DNA of 64,000 nt from Bacteroidaceae bacterium (lineage in GTDB: Bacteria > Bacteroidota > Bacteroidia > Bacteroidales > Bacteroidaceae), in the NCBI GenBank assembly GCA_045617275.1, contig JAZLII010000063.1, forward strand, positions 22,477-86,476. Reading direction: 5' to 3'. The notes below the pieces were generated by a model. That model worked only from the letters and a program-made list of their open reading frames with translations. It was not told the DNA's origin and made no database searches. The translations under genes and the position numbers were made by a program. Positions 9,603 to 20,400 of the stretch are shown piece by piece. Each line of letters begins with the position of its first letter. Within the stretch, counting starts at the first letter, position 1.

Positions 9603-11135
9603 ATGAAGAAGGTTCTATACATTATTATATTAATAGGTATGCTCATGAGTAGCTGTCAGAAGAAGGCAAGCGTGCCCTCTTCATTTCAGACACTCAGCGA
9701 ACAGGCCAACATATACCCTGACTATCGGGACGTCATCATCCCTTCCAATATCGCTCCACTCAACTTCCTCGTCAAGGATAGTCTGGCGCAAGACTTTGTG
9801 GTAGAAATGAAGGGAGAGAAAGGTGCATCGATAGTGACGGGAAATGGCGAAGGGGTCATAAAGTTCGACACCATAGCATGGCGCCAAATGCTCCAGGACA
9901 ATCGTGGCGGAAAAATCACCATATCCATCTACACCGAGCATGAAACCGGTTGGGTGAGCTACCAGCCCCACACGCTTACCGTTGCCGAGGAGGACATAGA
10001 CCCCTATCTTTCCTATCGTCTCATCGAGCCGGGCTATGAGCTCTACCGCCAGCTTGGCCTCTATCAGCGCAATCTCACCAACTGGGATGTACACACCATC
10101 TACGAGAACAACCGAACCTTCCAAAACGAAGACAACCACTGCATCAACTGCCACAACTATCAGAATTACGACACAGACCACATGCTTTTCCATGTGCGTG
10201 CCAACCATGGAGGTACGATAGTGGTTCGTGGCAACAAGGCAGAAAAGGTGATCATCAAAGATAGCACCATCATCACTTCCGGAGTATATCCCAGTTGGCA
10301 TCCCAAGCACAATTGGATTGCATTTTCTACCAACAAGACGGGCCAGACATTCCATCTCTATCACCAAGAGAGGATCGAAGTGATCGACGAAGGTAGCGAC
10401 CTGCTCTTCTACGATGCCGACAAGAATGAGGTAAGCCACATCTTCCGTACCAAGGGACAGATGGAGACCTTCCCTTGCTGGTCTCCCGATGGTAAGATGC
10501 TATATTACTGCTCTGCCGATGCATCCCCCATAGAGGAGATGCCCGACAGTCTGGCAAGCCTATGGTATCTATCCAACTGGGACAGCCTCCGCTACGATCT
10601 CATGCGCATCCCCTTTGATGAGAATACACGCACATTCGGTCCCTCGGAGATGGTCGTAGATGCAACCTCCCAAGGCAAGAGCATCAGCGTACCCCGCATC
10701 AGTCCCGATGGCAGATATGTCCTTTACACACAGGGGGACTACGGTCAGTTCCACATCTGGCACAAGAGCAGCGATCTCTGGGTAAAAGACTTACAATGCG
10801 ACACGTGCTACGCCCTCAAGGATGCCAACAGCGAGGATGTCGACAGTTACCACACATGGAGCAGTAACGGACGCTGGATCGTATTTAGCAGTCGCAGGAT
10901 GGACGGCAACTACACCCGGGCCCATATAGCCTACTTCGACAAGAATGGCAAAGCGCACAAAGCTTTCTGCCTGCCACAGGAAGATCCTCGTCACAACATC
11001 CTCCTATTGAAGAGCTACAACGTGCCGGAGCTTACAAAGAATGCAGTAAAGGTTAGCGAGGAAACACTGAAAGAGACCATCTACGGCACAGAAGGAAACC
11101 AAGCCACCTATAAAAGGAAAAAGAACATAAACTAA
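9603..11135 (+). CDS. Lipoprotein with TolB/PD40-like beta-propeller repeats and a single CxxCH heme-binding-type motif
   Basis: Lipobox LMSSC. CINCH at 10140-10154. PD40-like repeats WSPDGKMLYY, ISPDGRYVLY, WSSNGRWIVFSS. Confidence 0.6.
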   Translation: MKKVLYIIILIGMLMSSCQKKASVPSSFQTLSEQANIYPDYRDVIIPSNIAPLNFLVKDSLAQDFVVEMKGEKGASIVTGNGEGVIKFDTIAWRQMLQDNRGGKITISIYTEHETGWVSYQPHTLTVAEEDIDPYLSYRLIEPGYELYRQLGLYQRNLTNWDVHTIYENNRTFQNEDNHCINCHNYQNYDTDHMLFHVRANHGGTIVVRGNKAEKVIIKDSTIITSGVYPSWHPKHNWIAFSTNKTGQTFHLYHQERIEVIDEGSDLLFYDADKNEVSHIFRTKGQMETFPCWSPDGKMLYYCSADASPIEEMPDSLASLWYLSNWDSLRYDLMRIPFDENTRTFGPSEMVVDATSQGKSISVPRISPDGRYVLYTQGDYGQFHIWHKSSDLWVKDLQCDTCYALKDANSEDVDSYHTWSSNGRWIVFSSRRMDGNYTRAHIAYFDKNGKAHKAFCLPQEDPRHNILLLKSYNVPELTKNAVKVSEETLKETIYGTEGNQATYKRKKNIN

Positions 11136-11150
11136 AAAACAGTCATCATC

Positions 11151-11942
11151 ATGAGAGTAATCATCGAACCTAATTACGACGAGCTGTCGCGCTGGGCAGC
11201 CGAGTATGTAGCCAGCAAGATCAACGCGGCTAATCCAACTCCTGAGAAGCCTTTCAAACTGGGTTGCCCCACCGGAAGTTCTCCTTTGGGCATGTACAAG
11301 AAACTCGTTGAACTGAATAAGGCCGGCAAGGTAAGCTTCCAAAATGTCATCACCTTCAACATGGATGAGTATGTAGGTCTTCCCGAAGAGCATCCCGAAA
11401 GCTATCACAGCTTCATGTGGAACAACTTCTTCAGCCACATCGACATCAAGAAGGAGAATGTACACATCCTCAACGGCAATGCTGCAGACCTGGCTGCAGA
11501 GTGTGCACAGTATGAGGCTGCTATCGAGGCAGCAGGAGGCATCGACCTCTTCATGGGTGGTATCGGTCCCGACGGACACATCGCCTTCAACGAGCCTTTC
11601 TCTTCACTGGCAAGTCGCACCCGCGTGAAGACCCTCACCACCGACACCATCATTGCCAACAGCCGCTTCTTCGACAACGATGTCAACCTCGTACCCAAGA
11701 CGGCTCTTACTGTAGGTGTGGGCACAGTGATGGATGCCAAGGAGGTGATGATCATGGTCAACGGACACAACAAGGCTCGTGCTCTTCAGCATGCCATCGA
11801 AGCAGGTGTAAGCCAGGAGTGGACCATCAGCGCTCTTCAGATGCACCCACATGCCATCATCGTTTGCGACGAGGCTGCTACCGATGAACTGAAGCATGGT
11901 ACTTACAAGTACTTCAAAGACATCGAGAAGGACAACCTCTAA
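11151..11942 (+). CDS. nagB: Glucosamine-6-phosphate deaminase
   Basis: 263 aa. Typical NagB N-terminus and motifs ([41 protein letters not shown]). Confidence 0.9.
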   Translation: MRVIIEPNYDELSRWAAEYVASKINAANPTPEKPFKLGCPTGSSPLGMYKKLVELNKAGKVSFQNVITFNMDEYVGLPEEHPESYHSFMWNNFFSHIDIKKENVHILNGNAADLAAECAQYEAAIEAAGGIDLFMGGIGPDGHIAFNEPFSSLASRTRVKTLTTDTIIANSRFFDNDVNLVPKTALTVGVGTVMDAKEVMIMVNGHNKARALQHAIEAGVSQEWTISALQMHPHAIIVCDEAATDELKHGTYKYFKDIEKDNL

Positions 11943-11991
11943 TCCCTATCCCTACGCATATAAGGCTCAGCAAGAGCTAAACTTATCATAG

Positions 11992-12027
11992 GAATGCCCC
12001 ATCACCAAACTTGGCGATGGGGCATTC
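11992..12027. terminator. Long hairpin between convergent nagB and the K+ channel gene
   Basis: GAATGCCCCATC ... GATGGGGCATTC 12-bp stem, plus inner CCAA/TTGG pairs. Confidence 0.6.
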
Positions 12028-12057
12028 TTGCTATATTAGACACAAGCAAACGTCTTC

Positions 12058-12924
12058 TTATTGGGCTGTATCCTTCTGCTCAGTACCACAATGGGGACAA
12101 TAATGGGCATTCTGTGGTAGGGGGCAACCGCATTCGGGACAATTGAATTGCTTTTCCTTTTCGCTACGGTTCTGATGGTCATGGATAAACTGTGCACTGA
12201 CGATACCGGTAGGTACAGCCATGATGGTATAACCCATCAGCATGACCAAAGCGCTTAGAAAACGTCCTATGGGCGTGACAGGTGCGATATCGCCATAGCC
12301 CACGGTGGTCATGGTGACAATGGCCCAATAGATACTTGTGGGAATGTCGGTGTAAGGCGTGTCGGGTACTGTTCCCTCCACCATATACATCAACGTTCCC
12401 AGCGAGATCACCATCACCACTACAAAGAGGAAGAACACCATGATCTTGGGGAAACTGATACGCAGGGAACGGAGCAGATTGTCGCCCTCTTCCAAGAAGC
12501 TGAACAACTTGAACACTCGAAATACCCTGATAAGGCGGAAGGTTCGCATCACCATAAGATAGCGAGCCGAGCTAAAGAACCAACCCAGATACAAAGGCAA
12601 GGTGGCCAGGAGGTCCACGATACCAAAGAAACTGAAGATATATTTCAGTCGGTCCTGAGCACAGTATAGACGGCATAGCCACTCCAAGGTGAAGAAGAAC
12701 GTAAATACATACTCCATTACCCTAAATATATCCTTCGCCAGAGTAGGCAGTCCCTGCATACTTTCCACGATGACCAGTATGATGCTGAGCACGATAGCCC
12801 AGAGCAATGCCACATCGAAGGTTTTGCCCAAAGGTGTATTGCTTTCGAAGATGATGACATAGAGACGCTTCTTCAAGGCCTCATTGTGCATCAGCCAGTT
12901 CCAGAATTTCTTAATCTTATTCAT
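12058..12924 (-). CDS. Voltage-gated-type K+ channel (6TM, TVGYGD filter) with a C-terminal zinc-ribbon
   Basis: S4-like RTFRLIRVFRVFKLF. Selectivity filter TTVGYGD. C-terminal CPECGCPLPQNAHYCPHCG. Confidence 0.8.
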   Translation of the reverse strand: MNKIKKFWNWLMHNEALKKRLYVIIFESNTPLGKTFDVALLWAIVLSIILVIVESMQGLPTLAKDIFRVMEYVFTFFFTLEWLCRLYCAQDRLKYIFSFFGIVDLLATLPLYLGWFFSSARYLMVMRTFRLIRVFRVFKLFSFLEEGDNLLRSLRISFPKIMVFFLFVVVMVISLGTLMYMVEGTVPDTPYTDIPTSIYWAIVTMTTVGYGDIAPVTPIGRFLSALVMLMGYTIMAVPTGIVSAQFIHDHQNRSEKEKQFNCPECGCPLPQNAHYCPHCGTEQKDTAQ

Positions 12925-12939
12925 TGGTGTTTTAAGTCA

Positions 12940-14109
12940 TTAGAACATCGTATTCTCTACGATTTCTCCCATAGCCCAGACGCAGCGAACATTGAGTTTC
13001 TCATCGAGTATGAGCACATCGGCATCCTTGCCATGCTCAAGTGTGCCCTTGCGATCGAGCACATTCATGATGCGAGCCGGAGTCTCACTGCACATACGCA
13101 CGGCATCTGCCAATGGAATATCTGCCATCTGTACAGCGGTGCGTATCAGACGGTCACTGGTGGCGATACTCCCTGCCAGAGCACTGCGGTCAGAGAGCTT
13201 GCACACTCCGTCTTCGATGACAACACGGTCATCAAAGGCATGAGCACTGCCTTCCGCAGCAGCCACAGCCAAGGCATCCGTGATGAGAGCCATTCGCTCC
13301 ACACCTTTTATCTTATAGCACATCCTGAGGATGGTGGGCGGTACGTGTATGCCATCAGCCACACATTCTACCGTCATATCGTCTATGAGATACACACTCT
13401 CTACCGTTCCCTCATACTTGTACTCGCGCTTGTTGTGGAATCCAGGCATGGCATTGTAGAAGTGTGTGACGTGTGTAAAACCTGCCTTGAAGCCGGCCAG
13501 CACATCCTCATACTCCGCTGCCGTATGAGCAATACTGGGAAGGATGCCCTTCTCGGCACAATAGCGACCAAACTGTATGGCACCAGGCATCTCAGGAGCA
13601 GCATCCCAGCGTTTCAGGCAGGGAGAATTCTCCACAATGGGTATGTACTCGTTGGGATCGGGATTCTTGATCCATTCAGGCATCTGTGCCCCTGCTCTCT
13701 TCGGATTGAGATAGTGTCCTTCCAGATGCAAACCCAAGATGGGACTACCCGGTTCGCACATGAGTTGCTCACACGTTCTCACCGCCTTCTCTATCATGGG
13801 GACAGTACTGCTGGAGAGCGTGGGGAAAATACCCGTAGTACCATGCTTCAGATGCGCATCTACAGCTACACGGAAAGCATCTACCGTACCTTCCTGGAAA
13901 TCACGACCTCCACCACCATGTACATGCATCTCTATGCATCCTGGCACGACATACATACCACGGGCATCGACCAGGTTGGCTCCAATGATGGCCAAGTCAC
14001 AGTTGGTCACCTCGAGGATCTTGTTGTCACGCAGGATGACCGAACCATTCTTCAGCCATCCTTGTGGAGTGAGTATCTTACCGTTTACAATTTGTGTTAA
14101 CACTGTCAA
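12940..14109 (-). CDS. nagA: N-acetylglucosamine-6-phosphate deacetylase
   Basis: 389 aa amidohydrolase. IEMHVHGGGG motif and NagA-like overall sequence. Adjacent to glmM and near nagB. Confidence 0.9.
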   Translation of the reverse strand: MTVLTQIVNGKILTPQGWLKNGSVILRDNKILEVTNCDLAIIGANLVDARGMYVVPGCIEMHVHGGGGRDFQEGTVDAFRVAVDAHLKHGTTGIFPTLSSSTVPMIEKAVRTCEQLMCEPGSPILGLHLEGHYLNPKRAGAQMPEWIKNPDPNEYIPIVENSPCLKRWDAAPEMPGAIQFGRYCAEKGILPSIAHTAAEYEDVLAGFKAGFTHVTHFYNAMPGFHNKREYKYEGTVESVYLIDDMTVECVADGIHVPPTILRMCYKIKGVERMALITDALAVAAAEGSAHAFDDRVVIEDGVCKLSDRSALAGSIATSDRLIRTAVQMADIPLADAVRMCSETPARIMNVLDRKGTLEHGKDADVLILDEKLNVRCVWAMGEIVENTMF

Positions 14110-14126
14110 TTGTCACTCTTAATTTA

Positions 14127-15512
14127 TTATACTAAGCTATACACGACATCCATCACCTTCTTGCCTATCTCATCGGCAGCCTCCATGGTGCTTGCCTCCG
14201 AGTAGACGCGGATAATGGGCTCGGTGTTGGACTTGCGCAGGTGTACCCACTTGTCGGGGAAGTCTATCTTCACGCCATCGATGTCGTTTACCTCTTCATC
14301 CTTATACATCTCCTTCACCTTTTGCAAGATGAGATCGACATTGGTTTCGGGTGTCAGGTCGATGCGGTTCTTGGCAATGAAGTAGGGAGGATAGGTGGCA
14401 CGGAGCTCGCTCGTCTTCATCTGCTTCTTGGCCAGATAGGTCAGGATGAGGGCGATACCTACCAGGGCATCACGGCCACTGTGGGCAGCGGGATAGATGA
14501 CTCCGCCATTGCCCTCGCCGCCGATGACGGCACCAGTCTCACGCATCTTGGTTACGACGTTGACCTCGCCAACGGCAGCTGCAGTGTACTTGCAACCTTC
14601 GTACTTGTTCGTTACGTCGCGCAGGGCACGGGTAGAAGAGAGGTTGCTGACGGTGTTGCCGGGAGTATGCTGCAGGATATAGTCGGCTACGGTTACCAAA
14701 GTGTACTCTTCGCCATACATTGTACCGTCCTCGCAAAACAGCGCCAGACGATCTACGTCGGGATCAACCACGAAACCTATATCGTGACCACCCTTCTGCA
14801 TCAGCGCCTTGATATCGCCCAGGTTCTTCTCCAGAGGTTCGGGATTGTGTTGGAAATCACCGGTGGGCTCGGTAAACATGCCGGTGTACTCCACACCCAA
14901 TTGATCGAAGAGCTTGGGCAGGATGATGCCGCCCACGGAATTGACTGCATCGAAGGCCACCTTGAACTTTGCCTGCTTCACTGCGTCCACGTCCACGAGG
15001 TCCAGTCCCAGCACCATGTCGATATGCTTCTGGTCGTAACTGTTGTCCTCGATGTACTTGCCCAAGTGGTCTACGTCGGCATACTCGAAGTCCTCAGCCT
15101 CTGCGATGCGCAGCACTTCGTTGCCCTCCACGGCATTCAGGAACTCACCCTTCTCGTTCAACAACTTCAGGGCGTTCCACATACGGGGGTTATGGCTGGC
15201 AGTCAGGATGATACCGCCGCAAGCACCTTCCATGGTCACAGCTACCTCTGTGGTAGGAGTTGAGGCAAGACCGATGTTCACTACATCAAAGCCCATGCCC
15301 ATCAGCGTACCGCAAACCACATTCTTCACCATCTCGCCCGAGATACGGGCATCGCGACCTACCACGATCTTGTTCGACGTCACCTTGGTGGTGCGACGGA
15401 TGAGGGTGGCGTATGCCGAAGTAAACTTCACAATGTCAAGTGGATTGAGGGTATCACCAGCCTTTCCGCCGATGGTACCACGAATACCGGAAATAGATTT
15501 AATCAGTGTCAT
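14127..15512 (-). CDS. glmM: Phosphoglucosamine mutase
   Basis: 461 aa. Active-site loop TASHNP. Phosphohexomutase architecture with the GEGNGG sugar loop. Confidence 0.9.
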   Translation of the reverse strand: MTLIKSISGIRGTIGGKAGDTLNPLDIVKFTSAYATLIRRTTKVTSNKIVVGRDARISGEMVKNVVCGTLMGMGFDVVNIGLASTPTTEVAVTMEGACGGIILTASHNPRMWNALKLLNEKGEFLNAVEGNEVLRIAEAEDFEYADVDHLGKYIEDNSYDQKHIDMVLGLDLVDVDAVKQAKFKVAFDAVNSVGGIILPKLFDQLGVEYTGMFTEPTGDFQHNPEPLEKNLGDIKALMQKGGHDIGFVVDPDVDRLALFCEDGTMYGEEYTLVTVADYILQHTPGNTVSNLSSTRALRDVTNKYEGCKYTAAAVGEVNVVTKMRETGAVIGGEGNGGVIYPAAHSGRDALVGIALILTYLAKKQMKTSELRATYPPYFIAKNRIDLTPETNVDLILQKVKEMYKDEEVNDIDGVKIDFPDKWVHLRKSNTEPIIRVYSEASTMEAADEIGKKVMDVVYSLV

Positions 15513-15529
15513 AATGGACCCCCTCCCCG

Positions 15530-15578
15530 CTCCCCCTAAAGGGGGAGAGTAGAATGGTTTGTGGGAGGGTCATTCTAC
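15530..15578. repeat. Two adjacent hairpins (CTCCCCC-TAAA-GGGGGAG and GTAGAATG-N14-CATTCTAC) between the sulfatase and glmM genes
   Basis: Read directly from the sequence. The first belongs to the C-rich/G-rich hairpin family also seen at 40405 and 44774. Confidence 0.6.
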
Positions 15579-15635
15579 TTGTATGGTTGTTATTATTACT
15601 CTCAGTTTAATATCTTACAGTCTTGTTCTCTCAGT

Positions 15636-17255
15636 TTATTGTCTTATCGCTATGCCGTACTCCTCGATCACATGGCTGCGATGAGGTTCGACAAATTTTA
15701 CGCCGCTTGCTGCAAACGCAGGCTTTGGCGGCAGCGTCACCTTGAAGTTGTCATTGTCGCGGTGTTCGCGGTAGACGATGCGGATGAGGTTGTCTACCAC
15801 ATCGGGATGCTCCGCAGCCACGTTCCTGTCCTCGTGTATGTCGCTGGCCAGGTTGTAGAGTTCTGGTTTGCCAGACTTTACGATGAGCTTCCAGTCGCCA
15901 CGGCGAACGGCTATCTGGTCGGTCTCGTTGAACTCCCAGTACAGATGGTCGTGCTGAACCTGCTTCTTGGCCTTGCCTTGCAGAGTGGGCAGGAAAGAGA
16001 TGCCGTCGAAATGATCGGCCGTACCGAGGCGAGGATTGCGGTACTTCTCCACATATTTCTTCTCGCCGATGATGTCGCAGAAGGTGGGCATGATGTCCCA
16101 GAAGGCAATGGGTTGGTCGGTCTTCACGCCAGCCTTGACCTTACCGGGCCAGCGCACAATGAAAGGCACACGTATGCCACCCTCGTGGCAACTACGTTTC
16201 AGGCCTTTCAGCACACCGTCTCGATTGAAGAAGGTAGGATCGGCTCCACCCTCCTCATGAGGTCCGTTGTCCGAAGAGAATATAAGGATGGTATTCTCAG
16301 CCAAGCCCTTCTCTTCAAGCTTCGCCATGATCTCGCCTACGTAGGCATCCAGTCGGGTGATCATACCTGCAAATTCGGCATGCACATGGTCGATGGCGTG
16401 GTACCAACTGCCTTGGTTGCCACCAAAGCGCTTGTCTTCCTGGAACTTCTTTTTGTAGTAGTTGAGGATGCTATCCTCTGGTTGCACCAGTTCGGCATGA
16501 GGCAGGGTATAGGTAAAGAGGCCATAGAAAGGCGTGTCCTTCGACTGCCGGTCTATCCACTCCAGCGCCTTACGGTGTATCATATCGGCCGAGTACTGAG
16601 GACGACGGAAGTAATCTGCACCGAAGAAGTCATGCCGGATATTCTCCTCCAATACCTCGCGCGTCACACCCGTGTCGCCATCGTTGCGGCTGTACTTGTT
16701 CAGGAAATTGGGATAATAGGCATGAGCCTGGAACTGACAGAGGGGACCGTAGAACTCATCCACGCCACGCTTATCGGGTGTGCTGTAACTTCCCTCATAG
16801 CCACCGGCCCACTTGCCGAACTGTGCCGTGTTGTAGCCATTGGCTTTCATAATTTCAGGCAGGACCACGTGAGCCGAGTCCAGCGGATGCTGTCCCACGA
16901 CGGCATAGTCCCAGTTCTTGCCATACATGTCTTGCTGCTCCGTACCTCGCCAGTACTCCTTGTTGCCACGTATCTCGCAATGGCCGGTATGCTGCCCAGT
17001 CATCAGCGAAGCTCGACTGGGCGCACTTACAGGACTGCCGCTGTAAGCCTGCATGAACTGCATACCCTGACTGGCCAAACGGTCAATATTGGGGGTATTG
17101 ATATATTTCTGTCCATAGCAAGCCAAGTCGCCCCACCCCATATCGTCGCACAAGACAAAGATGATATTGGGCTTGGCACTCTTGGCGCACAAGGCCATGG
17201 GAACCATAAGAGTACCCAGGATCAAGCTATTGGACAGAGTAGAGCATTCCTTCAT
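15636..17255 (-). CDS. Sulfatase (S1 family), Ser-type formylglycine motif
   Basis: Signal peptide. IIFVLCDDMGWGD metal site. SAPSRASLMTG carries Ser in place of Cys in the C/S-x-P-x-R motif. Confidence 0.85.
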   Translation of the reverse strand: MKECSTLSNSLILGTLMVPMALCAKSAKPNIIFVLCDDMGWGDLACYGQKYINTPNIDRLASQGMQFMQAYSGSPVSAPSRASLMTGQHTGHCEIRGNKEYWRGTEQQDMYGKNWDYAVVGQHPLDSAHVVLPEIMKANGYNTAQFGKWAGGYEGSYSTPDKRGVDEFYGPLCQFQAHAYYPNFLNKYSRNDGDTGVTREVLEENIRHDFFGADYFRRPQYSADMIHRKALEWIDRQSKDTPFYGLFTYTLPHAELVQPEDSILNYYKKKFQEDKRFGGNQGSWYHAIDHVHAEFAGMITRLDAYVGEIMAKLEEKGLAENTILIFSSDNGPHEEGGADPTFFNRDGVLKGLKRSCHEGGIRVPFIVRWPGKVKAGVKTDQPIAFWDIMPTFCDIIGEKKYVEKYRNPRLGTADHFDGISFLPTLQGKAKKQVQHDHLYWEFNETDQIAVRRGDWKLIVKSGKPELYNLASDIHEDRNVAAEHPDVVDNLIRIVYREHRDNDNFKVTLPPKPAFAASGVKFVEPHRSHVIEEYGIAIRQ

Positions 17256-17291
17256 TGCAATTCAGGCCAAAAGATAACGTTCAGCGTGGCA

Positions 17292-17299
17292 CAAAGTTA
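17292..17299 (-). promoter_or_regulatory. -7 box TAACTTTG upstream of the sulfatase gene
   Basis: Reverse complement of CAAAGTTA, about 37 nt upstream of the ATG at 17255. Confidence 0.4.
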
Positions 17300-17372
17300 T
17301 TGTTTTTATTTGAAACGGCAAAGCTTTGCTTTGTTTTTTTATCTTTTGATTGGTAACGTCCGATTTTATTTG

Positions 17373-17380
17373 TAATTTTG
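17373..17380 (+). promoter_or_regulatory. -7 box TAATTTTG upstream of the CotH-like gene
   Basis: TAnnTTTG match, 60 nt upstream of the ATG at 17440. Confidence 0.4.
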
Positions 17381-17439
17381 CAAAAAGCATTCCTGCGGTT
17401 CCTCTCGAGGGTCGCCCCCATACCACCACCATATTCTCC

Positions 17440-20400
17440 ATGAAAAAGCTCATCGCGATACTTTTGTTGCTTTTAGTGGCCCAAGGCATTTCGGCCCAAA
17501 GCATCTACGACAACCTAATAATCAACGAGATACAAGTTTGCAATACAGACCTTTACATCGATCCGTCCAACAATTATGGCGCATGGATAGAACTCCACAA
17601 CACGGGTACTCAGGTCATCAAACTTGCCGGCCTCTACGTCACCGACGACAAGGAGAATCCCAAGAAATTCAAGATACCTGGCAGCGTGGCCAACCTCAAA
17701 GCCGGGGCATTCCGATGCCTCTGGTTTGATCACAACCAAGCTGACGGCAACTATGGAGGCCAGTCCGACCAGCAAGTGCGCTTCAAGCCCAACGTAGAGG
17801 GTGGAGCCATCTACCTTTTCGACAGCCAAGGGAGTCAGATCTGCAAGGTGGAGTATCCTGCCGGTATCCCTCGCTGTTCGTATGCCCGAACAGAGGATGG
17901 CGGTAAGACATGGGGCACCACCGGCCAACCCACCCCGGGATCATCCAATGCAACCAGTCTTTTTGCCACGGAGCGCCTGCCCATGCCCCAACTCAACCAA
18001 GACGGAGGAGTCTTCGAACAAGGCAAAAAAGTAAGTCTCACCGTGACCATCCCCGATGGAGCCACACTGGCCTACACTACCGACGGAAGCACGCCGTCCC
18101 TGACCAATGGTGTGTGCTCCAGCGACCGTTTCACCTATCTCACTATTGAGCAGACCACCGTACTCCGCTTTGCCACATTTCAGGATGGCTTTTTGCCAAG
18201 CCCGGTAGTCACCCGCTCGTTTATCTTCAAAAATCACGACTACTACCTTCCCGTACTCTCCGTCTCTACTCATCCCGACAATCTCTTCGACAACACCATA
18301 GGCGTCTACTGCACAGGTACCAACGGCATCAGCGGCAAGGGACAGAGCGAACCCAAAAACTGGAACATGGACTGGGAGCGTCCGGTCAACATGGAGTATA
18401 TGGTCCCGGAGCAGAACACAGACGGGACGACATCTTTCATCACTTACATCAACCAAGAGGTGGACCTGGAGATATGCGGTGGATGGACGCGTGCCTACGG
18501 AGGCAACACCACTGATGGTCGCTACTGGGAGGCCAAGCCCAGCTTCCGACTCAAGACCGACAAGGAGTATGAGGGTATCAACGTGCTTGACTATCCAGTC
18601 TTCCCACACAAACCGTACAATAAATATAAGGTGTGGCAAGTGCGCAACGGTGGCAACGACACCTATGCCCGAGTTATCGATACATCCGTCAGTCAGATAG
18701 CCATACGCTCGGACTTCGACATCGACGCACAGGACTGCCAACCGGCTCATATCTTTCTCAATGGCCAGTACCTGGGTATGTTCAACATCCGCGAGAGCAA
18801 CAACCGACACTATGGCTACAGCAACTGGGGTATAGACACCGACGACATGGACCAGTTTGAGCTAGGTGGCGGCATACGCATGATGGTAGGTACGGAGGAT
18901 GCCTGGAAGGAACTGGTCAATCTTGGCTTGCAACTTTCCAAGGACCAGAGCGAGGCCACCTACCAGCAGGTGTGCGACCGTCTCTGCATAGACGAGTTCG
19001 CCAATTTCATGGCCTATGGCCTCTACCTGGGCCCCAGCGACTGGATCACCAACGTCAACAACATAAAGGCCTATCGATCACGTAGCGATGGGGGAAAATA
19101 TCGCTTTGTGCTCTTCGACCAGGATTCTTCGTTTAGCAGCGACCACATGCTCCAGAGCGTCATGAACGGCAACTACGGAGCCAACGTGGACGACCTCTTC
19201 CGCTACCTTATGTCTTATCCACCCTTCAAGAAAAAATTTGTCGATGCCTTCTGCCTAGTCGACGGAAGTCTCTTCGACCCAGAGCGCTGTGAAGAAATCG
19301 TGCAAGAGATATACAACCGTACGAACAAGGCACTCAACTTCGAGGGAAACAGTTCCAACACCGATGTTGCCAAGAAGGCTCGCAGCATGCACAACGGGTC
19401 GCGCATGACCAACATGCAAAGCGTGCTCAGTCTTCCCCAACCGTATTTTGCAGAGATAGCCAGCAACATCCCCGAGGCACAACTCATGCTGAATGGACAA
19501 ATCATCCCTACGGGAAAATTTCAGGGCTTCCTCTACCCCATAGACCAGCAGATACAACTCACCGCCCAGGCACCAGCCGGCTACACCTTCGACAGCTGGA
19601 CATTTGCAGGCAGCGACAAGGGCATCCCGACATCATCCACCGACATCATCCCCTACGGGGCCAGCTGGGAGTACTACGACCAAGGTTCCATGGACGGCAG
19701 GGGATGGCAAGGATTGGATTTCGACAGCAGTTCGCAAGGCTGGAAGTCGGGACGGGCGCCCCTGGGCTATGGCAAGTCGGGCAGCAACATCGCCAACAAG
19801 ACCGTCACCCAGCTCAGCTATGGAGGCGACAGCAACAACAAGCGCCCCACCTACTATTTCCGCTATAAGTTTGATATCGACGAACTTCCCTCAGGAGACG
19901 ATGTCTATGAGTTGCACTATAAGGTGGACGATGGATTCCGCTTCTATATCAATGGAAAGGACATTAACGGATTTCGCTGCCCAGCAGGATGCGACTACGA
20001 CTACGTCACCAACGACTGGGCTGGCGACCAGCCCGATACGGGTGTCTTTACTATCGACCCTGCAGATCTGACCTTGGGAACCAACCTACTGGCAGTCGAG
20101 GTACACAACACCTCACTCACCAGTAGCGACATCTTCTGGGATGCACAACTCTTGCACCTCACCTACGAGACCAACAGCGAGAACGGCACACTCACCAGCG
20201 AGTCGTTCAACCTGACAGAGGCCGTACCTACCGGTTCGTACATCATCACGGCACACTACAGCCCCATCACCGACCCAGAGCAACTTCTGGCAGACGGCAT
20301 CACACCGATTCGCATCAACGAGGTGTCGGCAGCCAACGACATCTACATCAACGACCTGGGCAAACGCAACGACTGGGTGGAGCTATACAACACCACAGAC

